DNA of 64,000 nucleotides from Escherichia coli (GTDB lineage Bacteria; Pseudomonadota; Gammaproteobacteria; Enterobacterales; Enterobacteriaceae): NCBI RefSeq assembly GCF_003790525.1, contig NZ_CP033635.1; one strand, 5' to 3'. Shown piece by piece: positions 10,401 to 19,763 of this stretch (position 1 is its first letter; each line of letters starts with the position of its first letter). The notes under the pieces were generated by a model. It saw only the letters and a program-made list of their open reading frames with translations, ran no database searches and was not told where the DNA came from. The position numbers and the translations under genes were made by a program.

Positions 10401-10667
10401 TTACAGTTTATTCAGAATAAGGCATGCGGCCTGGTTTAATGCAATAAACTCCTGCCAGCTGTACTGAGACTGATAATTCAGTAAATACTGGTCTTCAACC
10501 CGGCAAATCTGTGGGCGTTTATCATAAATTGCACACAAATGAGAATCAGTCTGATAGTAACGGCAAATACCGTCACCACGATCCAGACATTGCGTTTCAC
10601 CCGCCCTGTTGACATGACGACAACAGGCCCCACACTGGTTACAGGGAAATGGAGGGTGTAATTTCAT
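10401..10667 (-). CDS. YkgJ-family cysteine-cluster protein (putative Fe-S/Zn binding)
   Basis: 88 aa with CNQCGACC...C...C...C pattern; start overlaps stop of upstream gene (ATGA), implying translational coupling. Confidence 0.55.
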   Translation of the reverse strand: MKLHPPFPCNQCGACCRHVNRAGETQCLDRGDGICRYYQTDSHLCAIYDKRPQICRVEDQYLLNYQSQYSWQEFIALNQAACLILNKL

Positions 10668-12235
10668 CGCTTATTTAACCAGTCACGAACAGAAGCCACA
10701 TTTCCTGACTCAAACGGCAACGCAATCCCTCGTCGGCGGACTTCTTCTCTCAGCAGAAGTCCGCGCTCTATCTCACTGTTTACGCTATCCAGATGAAGTG
10801 AAAAATGATTTAACTCGGCAGCATCAACAGAAAATTCCAGTGCAGTAAGTTCCACAAGATAGCGATCAAGTTCAGCATTGACTGCCTGAAAGTATTCCAG
10901 TGACCGCTGGAATTTGTCCTTAAATTTGTCCAGAAATGCCCATACCCGCTGCATAACCTCGCTATATTCGAGATAATAATTCATCACCAGCCCGAGAATA
11001 CCTGTCGTCAGCGCACCACAAAAGGCAGCAAGCTCTGAACCAAATGGGAAAATAAGGATCTGCGCCATCGCCTCATTTATCATCACCCCTCCGGCAACAG
11101 CCACACCTGCTGCTATCAGTTTAGTGACCGCTTTGGCTAACTGCCCCGGCGATAATCCCTCCGGATTAAATACCAGGACTTTAAAGGCCTGAACGAGATT
11201 GTTCCACATTTCCCTGATAAGCCGGACAATCATTCTTTCCGTTGTCAGGAATATATTTAACAGCGTTGTGGTAATACCTGACAGTATCCCTCCGATGACA
11301 CCATCTTTAAAGGCAATTAAAAAAGAACTGAATTTTTCCTGTACTCGTTCCTGGCAGGCACGTAATGCTGACGTTATTTCGGACAGGCATTTGCCGGCGC
11401 TGAATGAGTTCCGTTGCTGCCTGATAATATGCGGGATTCGTTCCCTCAGTTCGAACCAGATCTCGGCAAGAATAAGCCCCAACATCTGTCGCGTCCCCAT
11501 ACGAAAACCGGAATTAAGCGAAGCACTGGCGACAGCAGTAGCAAACTTACTACTCAGGTAATAGCTCTGATTAATCGTGGCCTCATATTTTTCCCGGGCA
11601 TATTTATCAGCCCTTTCCATACGCTCAGTATCTGCATCAGCTTTTTTTCTCAGACTTATCAGACGTTTCTTTTCCTTTTCTGTCAGCGTTGCCTGAGATT
11701 CAAGCTCTGCTATCTGCCTTAACGTATCTTCTCTGTTTTTCTGCAGCGTGCAAATAAACGCATCCATTGAGTCTGCTTTCTTTGATTTATTGAGCGACTC
11801 ATGAGTGAATGCCAGATTTGAAGCGTCATTTGCCAGTTCTGCACCATCCCGTTCAGCAAGAATTCTCCCCGGATCATCATGAATTTCTTTAGCGGAAATA
11901 ATATGATCCAGATTTTTTTTGTCGTCAGAAGCAAACACCTCGCCTGTATATGCATCAGTAAGAGTCCCTGCCTGATGCGCACGCTTTCCTTCCCGGTTCG
12001 TCGCGATATAGTTCTCATGGCTGTGGTAATGATGAGAATCATATTCGCCACGACCTTCATACCGCTGTCGCTCAGCCTCCGTGGCATAAATGCCATTACG
12101 CACATTATGGATAGTGTCAACATCACCACCCTTACGATCATTTAGCAACAGAAAATCCAGCCCGAATGATGTAACCAGGCTCTTCACCATGGTCTGATGT
12201 AACTCTTCTGTCCAGTCAAATTTTTCCACATTCAT
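10664..12235 (-). CDS. hypothetical 523-aa protein: N-terminal HNH-like motif, coiled-coil, multi-pass hydrophobic C-terminal half
   Basis: NLDHIISAKEIHDDPGR...N...NLAFTHESLNKSK resembles His-Me finger spacing; KEKKRLISLRKKADADTERMERADKYAREKY coiled coil; hydrophobic stretches VIGGILSGITTTLLNIFL and LIAAGVAVAGGVMINEAMAQILIF. Confidence 0.5.
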   Translation of the reverse strand: MNVEKFDWTEELHQTMVKSLVTSFGLDFLLLNDRKGGDVDTIHNVRNGIYATEAERQRYEGRGEYDSHHYHSHENYIATNREGKRAHQAGTLTDAYTGEVFASDDKKNLDHIISAKEIHDDPGRILAERDGAELANDASNLAFTHESLNKSKKADSMDAFICTLQKNREDTLRQIAELESQATLTEKEKKRLISLRKKADADTERMERADKYAREKYEATINQSYYLSSKFATAVASASLNSGFRMGTRQMLGLILAEIWFELRERIPHIIRQQRNSFSAGKCLSEITSALRACQERVQEKFSSFLIAFKDGVIGGILSGITTTLLNIFLTTERMIVRLIREMWNNLVQAFKVLVFNPEGLSPGQLAKAVTKLIAAGVAVAGGVMINEAMAQILIFPFGSELAAFCGALTTGILGLVMNYYLEYSEVMQRVWAFLDKFKDKFQRSLEYFQAVNAELDRYLVELTALEFSVDAAELNHFSLHLDSVNSEIERGLLLREEVRRRGIALPFESGNVASVRDWLNKR

Positions 12236-12281
12236 GTTATTTCACTTCTTGTAAAGCCGGGCTTTAACGCCCGGTAAATCA

Positions 12282-13361
12282 TTAACTCTGGGATGAAAAA
12301 TCATCAAATTTCACAACCGAACTGGCCAGTACATCATCCAGCTCATCCTTATTAATAACGTTCATTCCATTATCATCCGTTTCCATTTCAATAACGTTAT
12401 CTTTTATCACTGCCTCACCATTTTCCTGTTTCCGCGGTTTAAACAGTGGCGTTGTAATAATATCCGTCATAATAGCGGCCAGTGAATATCCATGGTCAAT
12501 AAGCACAATGACTTCATCTGATACACTGATATCCTGTTGTTCTGTAATAACAGAATGCATGGATTTAAGCGGCTCAAAATAGTGTTTAATAAATACAGCA
12601 TGCATTCTGTTCAGTGCAGCGAGAATTTCATCAACGTATTGATTAACTTTTGCAAAATGCTCCCGGGCCAGATTCATTTTCTTAACTGCCCGTGCAACAT
12701 CGCAGGCACACTGATGGGCATTTTCAAGAGCTTTCGTCGCATGTCTGTCGTAAGCCCAGCCCGCAATGGCAATCAACGGTGCAGCCACTGCGGTGCCTAA
12801 TACCATTGCGCCGCCGGCCATTCCCATGCCCCCTGCAGCCAGTGAGCCCCCACCAATTGCCGCCATCGTCGCGTTATAAGCCGCGGCACCAGAAAGCGCT
12901 GCAATGGGTGTACCTGTAGAAGCCGCAGCAAATGCCATCACTCCGCTATACACAGCAAAACCCGCAGCAGCCCCGGAAACTCCGGCAGCAACGACCGTAC
13001 TGAGATATTCTGTCGCTGAAATGGCCAGGTTCTGAATCTTATTGATGTTATGTTGCGGGACACTCAGTTTCAGGTCTTTATTGCCCTCTTTTTCCAGACG
13101 CGCCAGGAGCTCAGCAGCAATCCTGTCGAACTCACTGAAATCTTTACCAATCTCAAGCTCTTTATTTCCGAGCGTTGTTAATTTTGATGATGTCTGAGCT
13201 TCAGCCTGCTCAAATTTTTCTTTATGCTCCTCGTAACGCTCTTTTGCTTTTTCGAGGATATCCTCTGCTTCTGACTTTTTTTGATATCCATCGTAAGCTT
13301 TTTTTCCGCCGAATGCCGCAGCGCCGGCAGCCACACCCAAAATAATAAAAGGTAACGCCAT
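12282..13361 (-). CDS. hypothetical 359-aa membrane protein with glycine-zipper region
   Basis: N-terminal TM (MALPFIILGVAAGAAAFGG), coiled-coil, then long Gly/Ala-rich hydrophobic stretch (GVSGAAAGFAVYSGVMAFAAASTG...GGMGMAGGAMVLGTAVAAPLIAIAGW), acidic C-terminus. Confidence 0.5.
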   Translation of the reverse strand: MALPFIILGVAAGAAAFGGKKAYDGYQKKSEAEDILEKAKERYEEHKEKFEQAEAQTSSKLTTLGNKELEIGKDFSEFDRIAAELLARLEKEGNKDLKLSVPQHNINKIQNLAISATEYLSTVVAAGVSGAAAGFAVYSGVMAFAAASTGTPIAALSGAAAYNATMAAIGGGSLAAGGMGMAGGAMVLGTAVAAPLIAIAGWAYDRHATKALENAHQCACDVARAVKKMNLAREHFAKVNQYVDEILAALNRMHAVFIKHYFEPLKSMHSVITEQQDISVSDEVIVLIDHGYSLAAIMTDIITTPLFKPRKQENGEAVIKDNVIEMETDDNGMNVINKDELDDVLASSVVKFDDFSSQS

Positions 13362-13409
13362 TCTTTTCCTCCTGTACAGATTGCTTTATCATCAGTCAAC
13401 TGAAATATT

Positions 13410-14306
13410 TCAGGAAACATTCTCAGCAGTAAGGTATTTTCCTAACATTGTTAACACGGCTTCTTTCAGCCATACTGGTTCAATAATTTCAACATTCGGT
13501 AGCCAGTATAAAATCAACGGGACAATTTGATTTTTATGTGCAGCCTTGCATGACAGCGTAATGCCATTGTCATGTTTGTGTAGCAATTGCTGGTAAGGAA
13601 GTAAGTCCCGTCGCAAAAAATAATGGGCGATATTACTGTAAATGAACAACACAACATCAAATGTTTTGTCGCTCACCCACGGGTCACATGACTCACTTAC
13701 CAGTGACTGGATTTCATCACTCTTTGCAAACTTTTCTTTTTTTATATCCAGCCATTTTATTTTAGCTAATGAAAACGACTTTAACTTGTTCTCTTCAGTA
13801 GCCAGCAAATACCATATACCTCTCTGATTAGTTAATTTATAGGGATGAACGATTCTGGTCTTACCGGCATATGCAATCTGGCAAACATTACTGTTGCAGA
13901 TCGCTTTTTCAAGAACATCAAGATATTTTCTTAAATCATCCCTGATGGTGTGCTCAGGGTTATGAAACTGAACACGAATATGCCTTTCGGTTGCCCTGTT
14001 TTCTAATTTCTGCCAGAAACCTTCATCCCGTTCAGGAAAAATCGCATCAGTATCCAGTAACCTGGCCAGAGATTTGTGCAGTGATTCTTTGCTCTGGTTT
14101 CCTGCTCTTGCCGAAATAAGCCGGTATTTTCCATCGCCACAGGCTTCAATAAAGGGAGAAAGCATATTCAGATCACGATATGCTGTTCGCTCAGTGATGT
14201 TGTATTTTTTCATCAAATTATAGCGACTGACCACGCCATAATTTTGTAATTCAACAAGGATATCAATCAAACGCTCCGCTGAGCGATTTCTCGTTGAGTC
14301 AACCAT
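13410..14306 (-). CDS. WYL-domain transcriptional regulator (HTH-WYL-WCX, BrxR/CapW-like)
   Basis: N-terminal HTH (ERLIDILVEL...TAYRDLNML), central WYLLA motif, C-terminal LILYWLPNVEIIEPVWLKE; 48 bp upstream of the 359-aa gene, same strand. Confidence 0.65.
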   Translation of the reverse strand: MVDSTRNRSAERLIDILVELQNYGVVSRYNLMKKYNITERTAYRDLNMLSPFIEACGDGKYRLISARAGNQSKESLHKSLARLLDTDAIFPERDEGFWQKLENRATERHIRVQFHNPEHTIRDDLRKYLDVLEKAICNSNVCQIAYAGKTRIVHPYKLTNQRGIWYLLATEENKLKSFSLAKIKWLDIKKEKFAKSDEIQSLVSESCDPWVSDKTFDVVLFIYSNIAHYFLRRDLLPYQQLLHKHDNGITLSCKAAHKNQIVPLILYWLPNVEIIEPVWLKEAVLTMLGKYLTAENVS

Positions 14307-14725
14307 AAATCACTGCACCTGTAGTATTACTCTTGTGTAAGTGAATTATATAAATACTCCTGACATCATTTGTCAGTTCCACAAAACTACGCCCTCCGGC
14401 AACAGATTTTTATTTGATTATGTTCAAACTTTAAACCAGATGTCCGGGAGCCTCCTTCGTAATACGGTTTATTGTTTCCGGAAGGGCTGATATGACAAAA
14501 AACAACGTGTCCCAACAACAGTCCTTTTTCATTTAACAGACTGACAACCATACTGCGCGCTACCTGCCCCCTGTAAAAAATCAACGAAAGTAATATTTTT
14601 GCTCTATTTATATTTCATTCATCTGAAATTATTAGTTGCCAGAGGGAGAATATCATCAGGATATCTGTTATTGATTTGTCATACCTGCACTTTACTGTGC
14701 TCCAAAGCGCAGGCAGAAATGGCTG

Positions 14726-15463
14726 TCAGAAGTTATATGTTGCACCTAACATAAACTCGTTACTTCTGACATCAACAGAGGATTTATATTTAGCACCATC
14801 CTCATCTTTATAAGTCAGAGTGGAATCCCCTGCATCCAGATACCGGTAGCTGAGGTCAAGGCTGAAATCCTGCGTCACATCGTATTTAACACCGGCACCC
14901 AGGCTCCATGCCAGGTTGTTTTCGTATTTTGACGCTGAAGCTGAATAAACTTCACTGCCTGCCGGGCTGTTATCGGTATATATGTACGAAGTTTTATGAT
15001 GAACCCGTGCATAACCCAGACCAGCAGATATCCATGGCGTGAATGCACTGCTGTTTCTGAAATCATAATACGCATTCAGCATCAGCGTGTTTACACTGAG
15101 CTTGTTCTGTGCATCATCGAACTCGGCACCACCGGCACTTTCCCAATAACTCAGACGATATTTTGATTCAGCGTTACCGCGGCCATAAAACTCCACTTCA
15201 GTACGCACCGGCACATTGTAGTGCTGATAAAAATCGTATCCCACCGCAAGGCCTGCGCCAAAAACCGTATCACTTTTGTCACTGCCTTTGTATTTATCCG
15301 CCCATGCCCCTTCACCATCAACGAAACGTTGCTCTGAAAGTGACATAACAGAAACACCGGCTTTACCGGTCACATAAAAGCCAGTTTTGTTCTCATCAGC
15401 CAGAGTCTGGGCCGAAAACATGCCTGCCATTGCAAGTGTTGAAACAGCAATAACCTTTTTCAT
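14726..15463 (-). CDS. hra: Hra/Tia/Hek-family outer-membrane beta-barrel adhesin/invasin
   Basis: Signal peptide MKKVIAVSTLAMAGMFSAQTLA, alternating beta-strand pattern, C-terminal YNF; resembles E. coli heat-resistant agglutinin/Tia as recalled. Confidence 0.65.
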   Translation of the reverse strand: MKKVIAVSTLAMAGMFSAQTLADENKTGFYVTGKAGVSVMSLSEQRFVDGEGAWADKYKGSDKSDTVFGAGLAVGYDFYQHYNVPVRTEVEFYGRGNAESKYRLSYWESAGGAEFDDAQNKLSVNTLMLNAYYDFRNSSAFTPWISAGLGYARVHHKTSYIYTDNSPAGSEVYSASASKYENNLAWSLGAGVKYDVTQDFSLDLSYRYLDAGDSTLTYKDEDGAKYKSSVDVRSNEFMLGATYNF

Positions 15464-15554
15464 TTCAATCATCTCCGTTGGTTCTTACCCCACCCGATAA
15501 AGAAGGTTGCTCATTTTAAAACCATGCAAAAGACAAGGTAAAAAGAGAAAATTC

Positions 15555-15580
15555 GATCGAATCGATCGACAAAATCGATC
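15555..15580. promoter_or_regulatory. cluster of three GATC (Dam) sites within 26 bp upstream of hra
   Basis: ttcGATCgaatcGATCgacaaaatcGATC, about 90-115 bp upstream of the hra start codon. Confidence 0.4.
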
Positions 15581-15651
15581 ATGAATGATGAAGATTTCTT
15601 ATCGAAGACATGAAAATGATAAGGAATGGTTTAAGAGGTAATTGCAACGGC

Positions 15652-15871
15652 ATGGAAGTATTGAGACCAGAACAGCACGAGATAAAGCGGCTGAACGTCA
15701 GATGAGCCACATGGACGTAACTCAGTGCAGGCAGCGTATATCCATAAAGCGGAGCATCTGGATGAGCGCAAGCTGATGCTGCAGTGGTGGGCAGATTTTC
15801 TGGATGCCAATCGGGAGAGAGCGATTACGCCGTTTGACTATGCGAAGATCAATCGGGGTAATGGAGAGTGA
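15652..15871 (+). pseudogene. 3'-terminal remnant of a P4-type tyrosine integrase gene
   Basis: In-frame segment ...NSVQAAYIHKAEHLDERKLMLQWWADFLDANRERAITPFDYAKINRGNGE* matches conserved integrase C-terminus (..VRAAYNHAEYLDERR.MMQWWAD.LD); upstream part absent. Confidence 0.5.
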
Positions 15872-16093
15872 GTTGTTTATCAAATTTGCTAAATTAAAAC
15901 TATTTAACCTGCCTTATAGGGACGATTGGTTGGCTATTTCACTAGAAGTAATGTAGATAACAGAAGCCTGGTCTATCATTTTGATAGACCAGGTCAAGAT
16001 TAATAGAATTAGATTTTTTATTGGCGTGTTGAATAAATTTTAAAGGGTCCTAATAAGTTTGTAGGATTTAATTGAAAACAGTAAGGGAAATAC

Positions 16094-16990
16094 TTAACAT
16101 ATAACTTCACGCTCTTCTATTAAATCAAAAACATTATTCGTAGTGTAATGTTCCCATCTTTTATTATATCCCTCTTTCGACAAAATTGAGACATCATCCG
16201 TTCCTTCTCCCTCATCTAAACCATGCATGAAACAAACTCCAGCAACATTAGAAAGAACATATCTATTATGCAGACATTCATTACCCTCGCGAGAAGTTAA
16301 AGACTTAAATGTTACTGATAATTTAAAATCGTCTGGAAAGACAAGGTTTTCGCGGTTCAACTTATTAGCCAAATAATTCACCGTTGGGGAGTTTTCTTTA
16401 CTCCCATCAAATATAACATCTATCTTTAAATTTTTTTTATAAGAGTTATTAGCACTAACGCTAAGTAATGAAATAAATACATTCCACCATCTTTGTTTGT
16501 CACTAAAGTATGGGTCAACTATAATAATATGCTCTGATGTTTTTAATAAGCGTGAGATTATAGATATCATATCCTCAGCAATTCTAGCAACAATTTTTTG
16601 CCGAGCATAATTTAACCCAAAGAAATCATCTATATTAGTTACATCAAGGTTATCACAAGGAGTAGAACTCACTACATGATCAAATTGTTCAATTCGATTT
16701 ACAGCAGAGATGTTATCTGACCATGACATGTCACCAACATAATCATAAACCCTACTAACCTTATTATTTTTCAAAAAAATAATAAGGTCCTCTAATCGTT
16801 TTTTTTGAAGTTCACTATGATTAGCATTTAATAGCCCAAGCAATTGTTTTTTATTTCTCTTCAGCTTTGGTAATTCACTATAGAGAAAGTTACCGCCCGT
16901 AGAAAATCCTTTTATGAAGTCACGATAATTTCTCCGATCAATTGCGATCTCAAACAAAGCCTCTGGTGAAATGGCGCATTCGTAGAACAT
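16094..16990 (-). CDS. hypothetical 298-aa partner of ATPase (candidate effector)
   Basis: Start ATG overlaps ATPase stop (TAATG); no family recognised by eye; weak Rx6H pattern (REGNECLH) near C-terminus. Confidence 0.5.
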   Translation of the reverse strand: MFYECAISPEALFEIAIDRRNYRDFIKGFSTGGNFLYSELPKLKRNKKQLLGLLNANHSELQKKRLEDLIIFLKNNKVSRVYDYVGDMSWSDNISAVNRIEQFDHVVSSTPCDNLDVTNIDDFFGLNYARQKIVARIAEDMISIISRLLKTSEHIIIVDPYFSDKQRWWNVFISLLSVSANNSYKKNLKIDVIFDGSKENSPTVNYLANKLNRENLVFPDDFKLSVTFKSLTSREGNECLHNRYVLSNVAGVCFMHGLDEGEGTDDVSILSKEGYNKRWEHYTTNNVFDLIEEREVIC

Positions 16991-18612
16991 TAAAAAAGCT
17001 CTCCCCTTCTTTCTTCGAAGAAACCTTTGGGCCATTTTTGTTTGAAGTCACCATCATCAGTAATATCTATTTTCCTAGTAACAGTCGAACCATTATTATC
17101 CTCGAAAACGATCACTGATATAAAATCAGGTTTTACTGGGTAATTTGATTCAGGTAATTCATTGTCCGTTGTTTGTCTAATTCTTTTTAAAATTCGAAGC
17201 AAAATGTGCTCACTATGTGTTTCGACTAAAAACATAGGTCTTTTAACATCAAGGGGATATTGGGTAAACAGATCACCTACAGCGAGTTGTAAAGCGGGAT
17301 GAATATGTAGCTCAGGCTGCTCTATAGCAATTAATCCATCCTGAACTATATTGGCTGCAATAATAAGAGGTGCTATCTGAGTTAATCCGACACCGACTTG
17401 ATTTGGAAATAACATTTGGCTTGAATCTATTTTACAGAAGTAAACATTATCTTTCAGACCTAAAAGTTGAGGGGAGGTTTTTATATCAAATTCTCCTCCA
17501 CTAAATATATTATAATTAGTGTTTAGTTTATCTCTATTGGAAAACCAATCACTTACTTTTTTAATCAAATCACTATCATTTTGTTGAGATAAACACAGCT
17601 TATCCCATGCTGATGTACCATCAAACCATCCATTTTGTTCTGGATAAGGATTTGGCGTAAATGAAGAATCAGGTATAATTCTTAACGGTCCAATAGATAC
17701 GCTAGCCTTTAAATAATTATTTAATTTATCTAACGGAGAAGTAAAAACTTGCGTTAGCACTCTGGTGATTATATCTCGATTAAAATACTCAACTGGCTCG
17801 GATATATCAAAAACTTTCAAATTTGTATCAACAGTTCTTCCCAGTTGAGGTAACGCACCAATTTTCGTCTTTAAAAAAACAGGAAACATTGGTTTTTCTT
17901 TATCTTCTTCAAATATATAATCAACAGTTTTTACTCGCTCTGTTGCACCACTTTTATTACGTTCTAAGCCAGGAATTAAGTCATTTAAAGATATTTCAAA
18001 TTCACTGGCAATCGTATCTAATCCTTCCTTATCAATAGATTCAAGCCATAAATTATAATCAATAGGAAGAAGCAACGGATGAGTAAAGTTCAATCTATTT
18101 ACTAAAGATGATTTAGTATACTCATCATTACTTAGCTCTCCAATAAATTCATTATTTATAGAAACAGCATAGTTCTTTATATATGCTGCTCTGTGCAATT
18201 GTGACCATGCGATTTTAAACTCTACATAAACCTTTTCAGTTTCATCTGCAATGTCTTTCATTTTTATAAAATGAATATCGAAAATATCACCAAGTTCTTC
18301 TAAATATGTTTTATATTCTACACCTATTGTTTGTTCAGGATCGAAACCGATACCAATAGTAATTACATTATTCAGATCCCCATTATGGACTAGAGATCTA
18401 AATCCATCTATGCGCCTGTTCCCCATAGCTTCTAAATATATAGGATCACACTGCTCACGGTCTAATATTTGTTGAAGATAAAATAATGCAATTAAAATAG
18501 TAGTCTTGCCCGCGCTGTTTGGCCCCAATAGTAATGTTACAGGTGCAAAATCAATTTCCTGCCGCTCTCTAACAGATCTGAAATTTTCAAGTACAAGTTT
18601 AGTTAATTTCAT
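16990..18612 (-). CDS. AAA_21/ABC-type ATPase (OLD/AbiEii-like fold) with C-terminal extension
   Basis: Walker A GPNSAGKTT near N-terminus; C-terminal LIAIEQPELHIHPALQ...FLVETHSEHIL (signature/D-loop/H-loop-like); starts 8 bp after hsdS stop. Confidence 0.7.
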   Translation of the reverse strand: MKLTKLVLENFRSVRERQEIDFAPVTLLLGPNSAGKTTILIALFYLQQILDREQCDPIYLEAMGNRRIDGFRSLVHNGDLNNVITIGIGFDPEQTIGVEYKTYLEELGDIFDIHFIKMKDIADETEKVYVEFKIAWSQLHRAAYIKNYAVSINNEFIGELSNDEYTKSSLVNRLNFTHPLLLPIDYNLWLESIDKEGLDTIASEFEISLNDLIPGLERNKSGATERVKTVDYIFEEDKEKPMFPVFLKTKIGALPQLGRTVDTNLKVFDISEPVEYFNRDIITRVLTQVFTSPLDKLNNYLKASVSIGPLRIIPDSSFTPNPYPEQNGWFDGTSAWDKLCLSQQNDSDLIKKVSDWFSNRDKLNTNYNIFSGGEFDIKTSPQLLGLKDNVYFCKIDSSQMLFPNQVGVGLTQIAPLIIAANIVQDGLIAIEQPELHIHPALQLAVGDLFTQYPLDVKRPMFLVETHSEHILLRILKRIRQTTDNELPESNYPVKPDFISVIVFEDNNGSTVTRKIDITDDGDFKQKWPKGFFEERRGELF

Positions 18613-18620
18613 AATGAACC

Positions 18621-19763
18621 TTACATGAAATATTTATTCGATAGGTTTGATGCTAAAAGTTGAAGTTGCATTGCGCTTTTATCATAAATGCTTAGTCCTT
18701 TTTTTATTTTTTTATAAATAATCTCATACTCATCTTGTAGATGCTTAGGTGGGATTAATATCTCTATATTCTGCAATTCCTGTGCATTAATATTAGCCAT
18801 GCCAACAATACTTTTACACATATTCATCAATGTGATTTTGCCATGGATGGAATTAAGATACCCTGAAATATAGTAGTTATTTCCGATAGAATTAGGTCTA
18901 ACGCGGATTAAATATCCAGCAAATGCCATAGGCCTGTCTTCTTCATACACAGCTGTTTTACCAACAAGTTCCTTACTGTTAGTACGATTGAAAAGAAGAT
19001 CGCCTTCTTTAACCAAATATTTATCCTTTTCTTTTACACTGAGATCAAGATATTTTAAATCTGTAAAATCCCACCTACCTTGATATGTTATATTACCCAT
19101 CCGTAATATAGGATATTCACCAGAATCAATAGAGGCTTTTGCTGAAGTTCCATAATTTACTGAATCAACCAAGTCGCGAATCGTTCCTTTCGGGAAACGA
19201 TGTATGTTGTTTGCAGGAGTTCCAAACATCTCTAGAAACTTAGCCCGCAAAAAATCATCAGCCAGTTTGATGGCTTGTTCGCGCTTTTGGCGTATAGCAT
19301 CAGCTTTATCAAGAATAGCAGCAATGCGTTTTTGTTCTTTTAATGAAGGAAGCCTAATTTTAATATCTTGTATCTTTTTTACAGACAAATGTTTTACAGT
19401 CACAACATCTGTTGTAGCATGAATTTTATCCAATTCCTTTTGCAAGAAATGATATAGAAAATTTTTATCAAGTGTTTCAGGATTTGGCGTAATTTTACAT
19501 ACCCGTTGATTTAACAACGCATCAGTACCTTTCCAATACTCACGGTTGAAATCTCCATCCATCCCAACTAGTAAATCACCTTTTTTAATAAGATATTTTA
19601 AGTCATAACTGCCTTCATAATAAGTTTCGGTTTTTCCTGAAAGAATATCTCTAATACGGATTAGTGGAACACCATTGTTCCTATTGAATCCACTTGAAGG
19701 GAATGCACACCCGGACAATATGTCTATATGTTTGCCAAGTGTGACCAATTGATTTTTTTTCAC
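18621..19763 (-). CDS. hsdS: type I restriction-modification specificity subunit
   Basis: 380 aa with two target-recognition-domain halves; 4-nt overlap with hsdM. Confidence 0.85.
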   Translation of the reverse strand: MKKNQLVTLGKHIDILSGCAFPSSGFNRNNGVPLIRIRDILSGKTETYYEGSYDLKYLIKKGDLLVGMDGDFNREYWKGTDALLNQRVCKITPNPETLDKNFLYHFLQKELDKIHATTDVVTVKHLSVKKIQDIKIRLPSLKEQKRIAAILDKADAIRQKREQAIKLADDFLRAKFLEMFGTPANNIHRFPKGTIRDLVDSVNYGTSAKASIDSGEYPILRMGNITYQGRWDFTDLKYLDLSVKEKDKYLVKEGDLLFNRTNSKELVGKTAVYEEDRPMAFAGYLIRVRPNSIGNNYYISGYLNSIHGKITLMNMCKSIVGMANINAQELQNIEILIPPKHLQDEYEIIYKKIKKGLSIYDKSAMQLQLLASNLSNKYFM

